IMG/VR virus record: IMGVR_UViG_3300008267_009201 | Coordinates: 1 to 55,910 of that record | Length of the DNA: 55,910 bases | Strand: one strand, 5' to 3' | Source: a virus | Taxonomy: Duplodnaviria > Caudoviricetes | Shown: piece after piece, positions 55,867 to 55,910 of the stretch | Numbering within the stretch: position 1 is the stretch's first letter | Layout of the letters: every line of letters starts with the position of its first letter | Translations under genes and position numbers: made by a program | Notes under the pieces: generated by a model | What the model saw: the letters and a program-made list of their open reading frames with translations, nothing else | Told to the model about the DNA's origin: nothing | The model's database searches: none

Positions 55867-55910
55867 ATGGCTGATTTGCTGATGAAAATGCCGATTCCCT
55901 ACGAACCGAA
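55867..55910 (+). CDS. Probable tail tube protein, N-terminus (3'-truncated)
   Basis: MADLLMKMPIPYEP... downstream of the sheath gene, with TATTTAT at 55826-55832; only 14 codons are visible. Confidence 0.6.
   Translation, partial: MADLLMKMPIPYEP

Noticed and set aside
1-55910. Stop-codon reassignment, as in some jumbo phages
   Set aside because: Genes are intact and densely tiled in the standard code; TGA and TAG both occur as real stops.
1-55910. tRNA/rRNA genes, introns, inteins, transposases
   Set aside because: Intergenic gaps are short, with no cloverleaf seen; polB and the helicase are uninterrupted and of normal size. Not confirmed by software.

Overview
AT-rich 56-kb segment of a large (jumbo-type) T4-related myovirus genome in the standard genetic code. 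The host is probably Bacteroidota: there are TAnnTTTG-type promoters, no Shine-Dalgarno sequences and a DUF6576-like domain. The window runs from the 3' end of the major capsid gene to the start of the tail tube gene. It includes neck, tail-completion, tail-sheath and baseplate-spike-like genes, a gp55-like sigma factor, DNA polymerase B, a SNF2 helicase, dUTPase, PhoH and an Fe/Mn SOD. Two blocks (12.7-29.2 kb on the - strand, 34.0-41.0 kb on the + strand) encode about 15 glycosyltransferase-like ORFs plus sugar-modifying enzymes. The best candidate for a new system is phage-encoded O-glycosylation of the virion: a GT60 polypeptide-GlcNAc-transferase-like gene, a neighbouring Pro/Thr mucin-like structural protein, and a recurrent [ST]-[GA]-x-[ST] motif in structural proteins. 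Other signals are a shared N-terminal leader (K-I/L-x-I-T-E-S-Q-L ... I/L-x-E) on diverse enzymes that suggests head-packaged cargo, a sense-strand TATTTAT element often 4-6 nt before start codons, a gp43-operator-like hairpin in front of polB, and two apparent deletion scars. All family assignments come from motif recognition by eye; no database searches were run.
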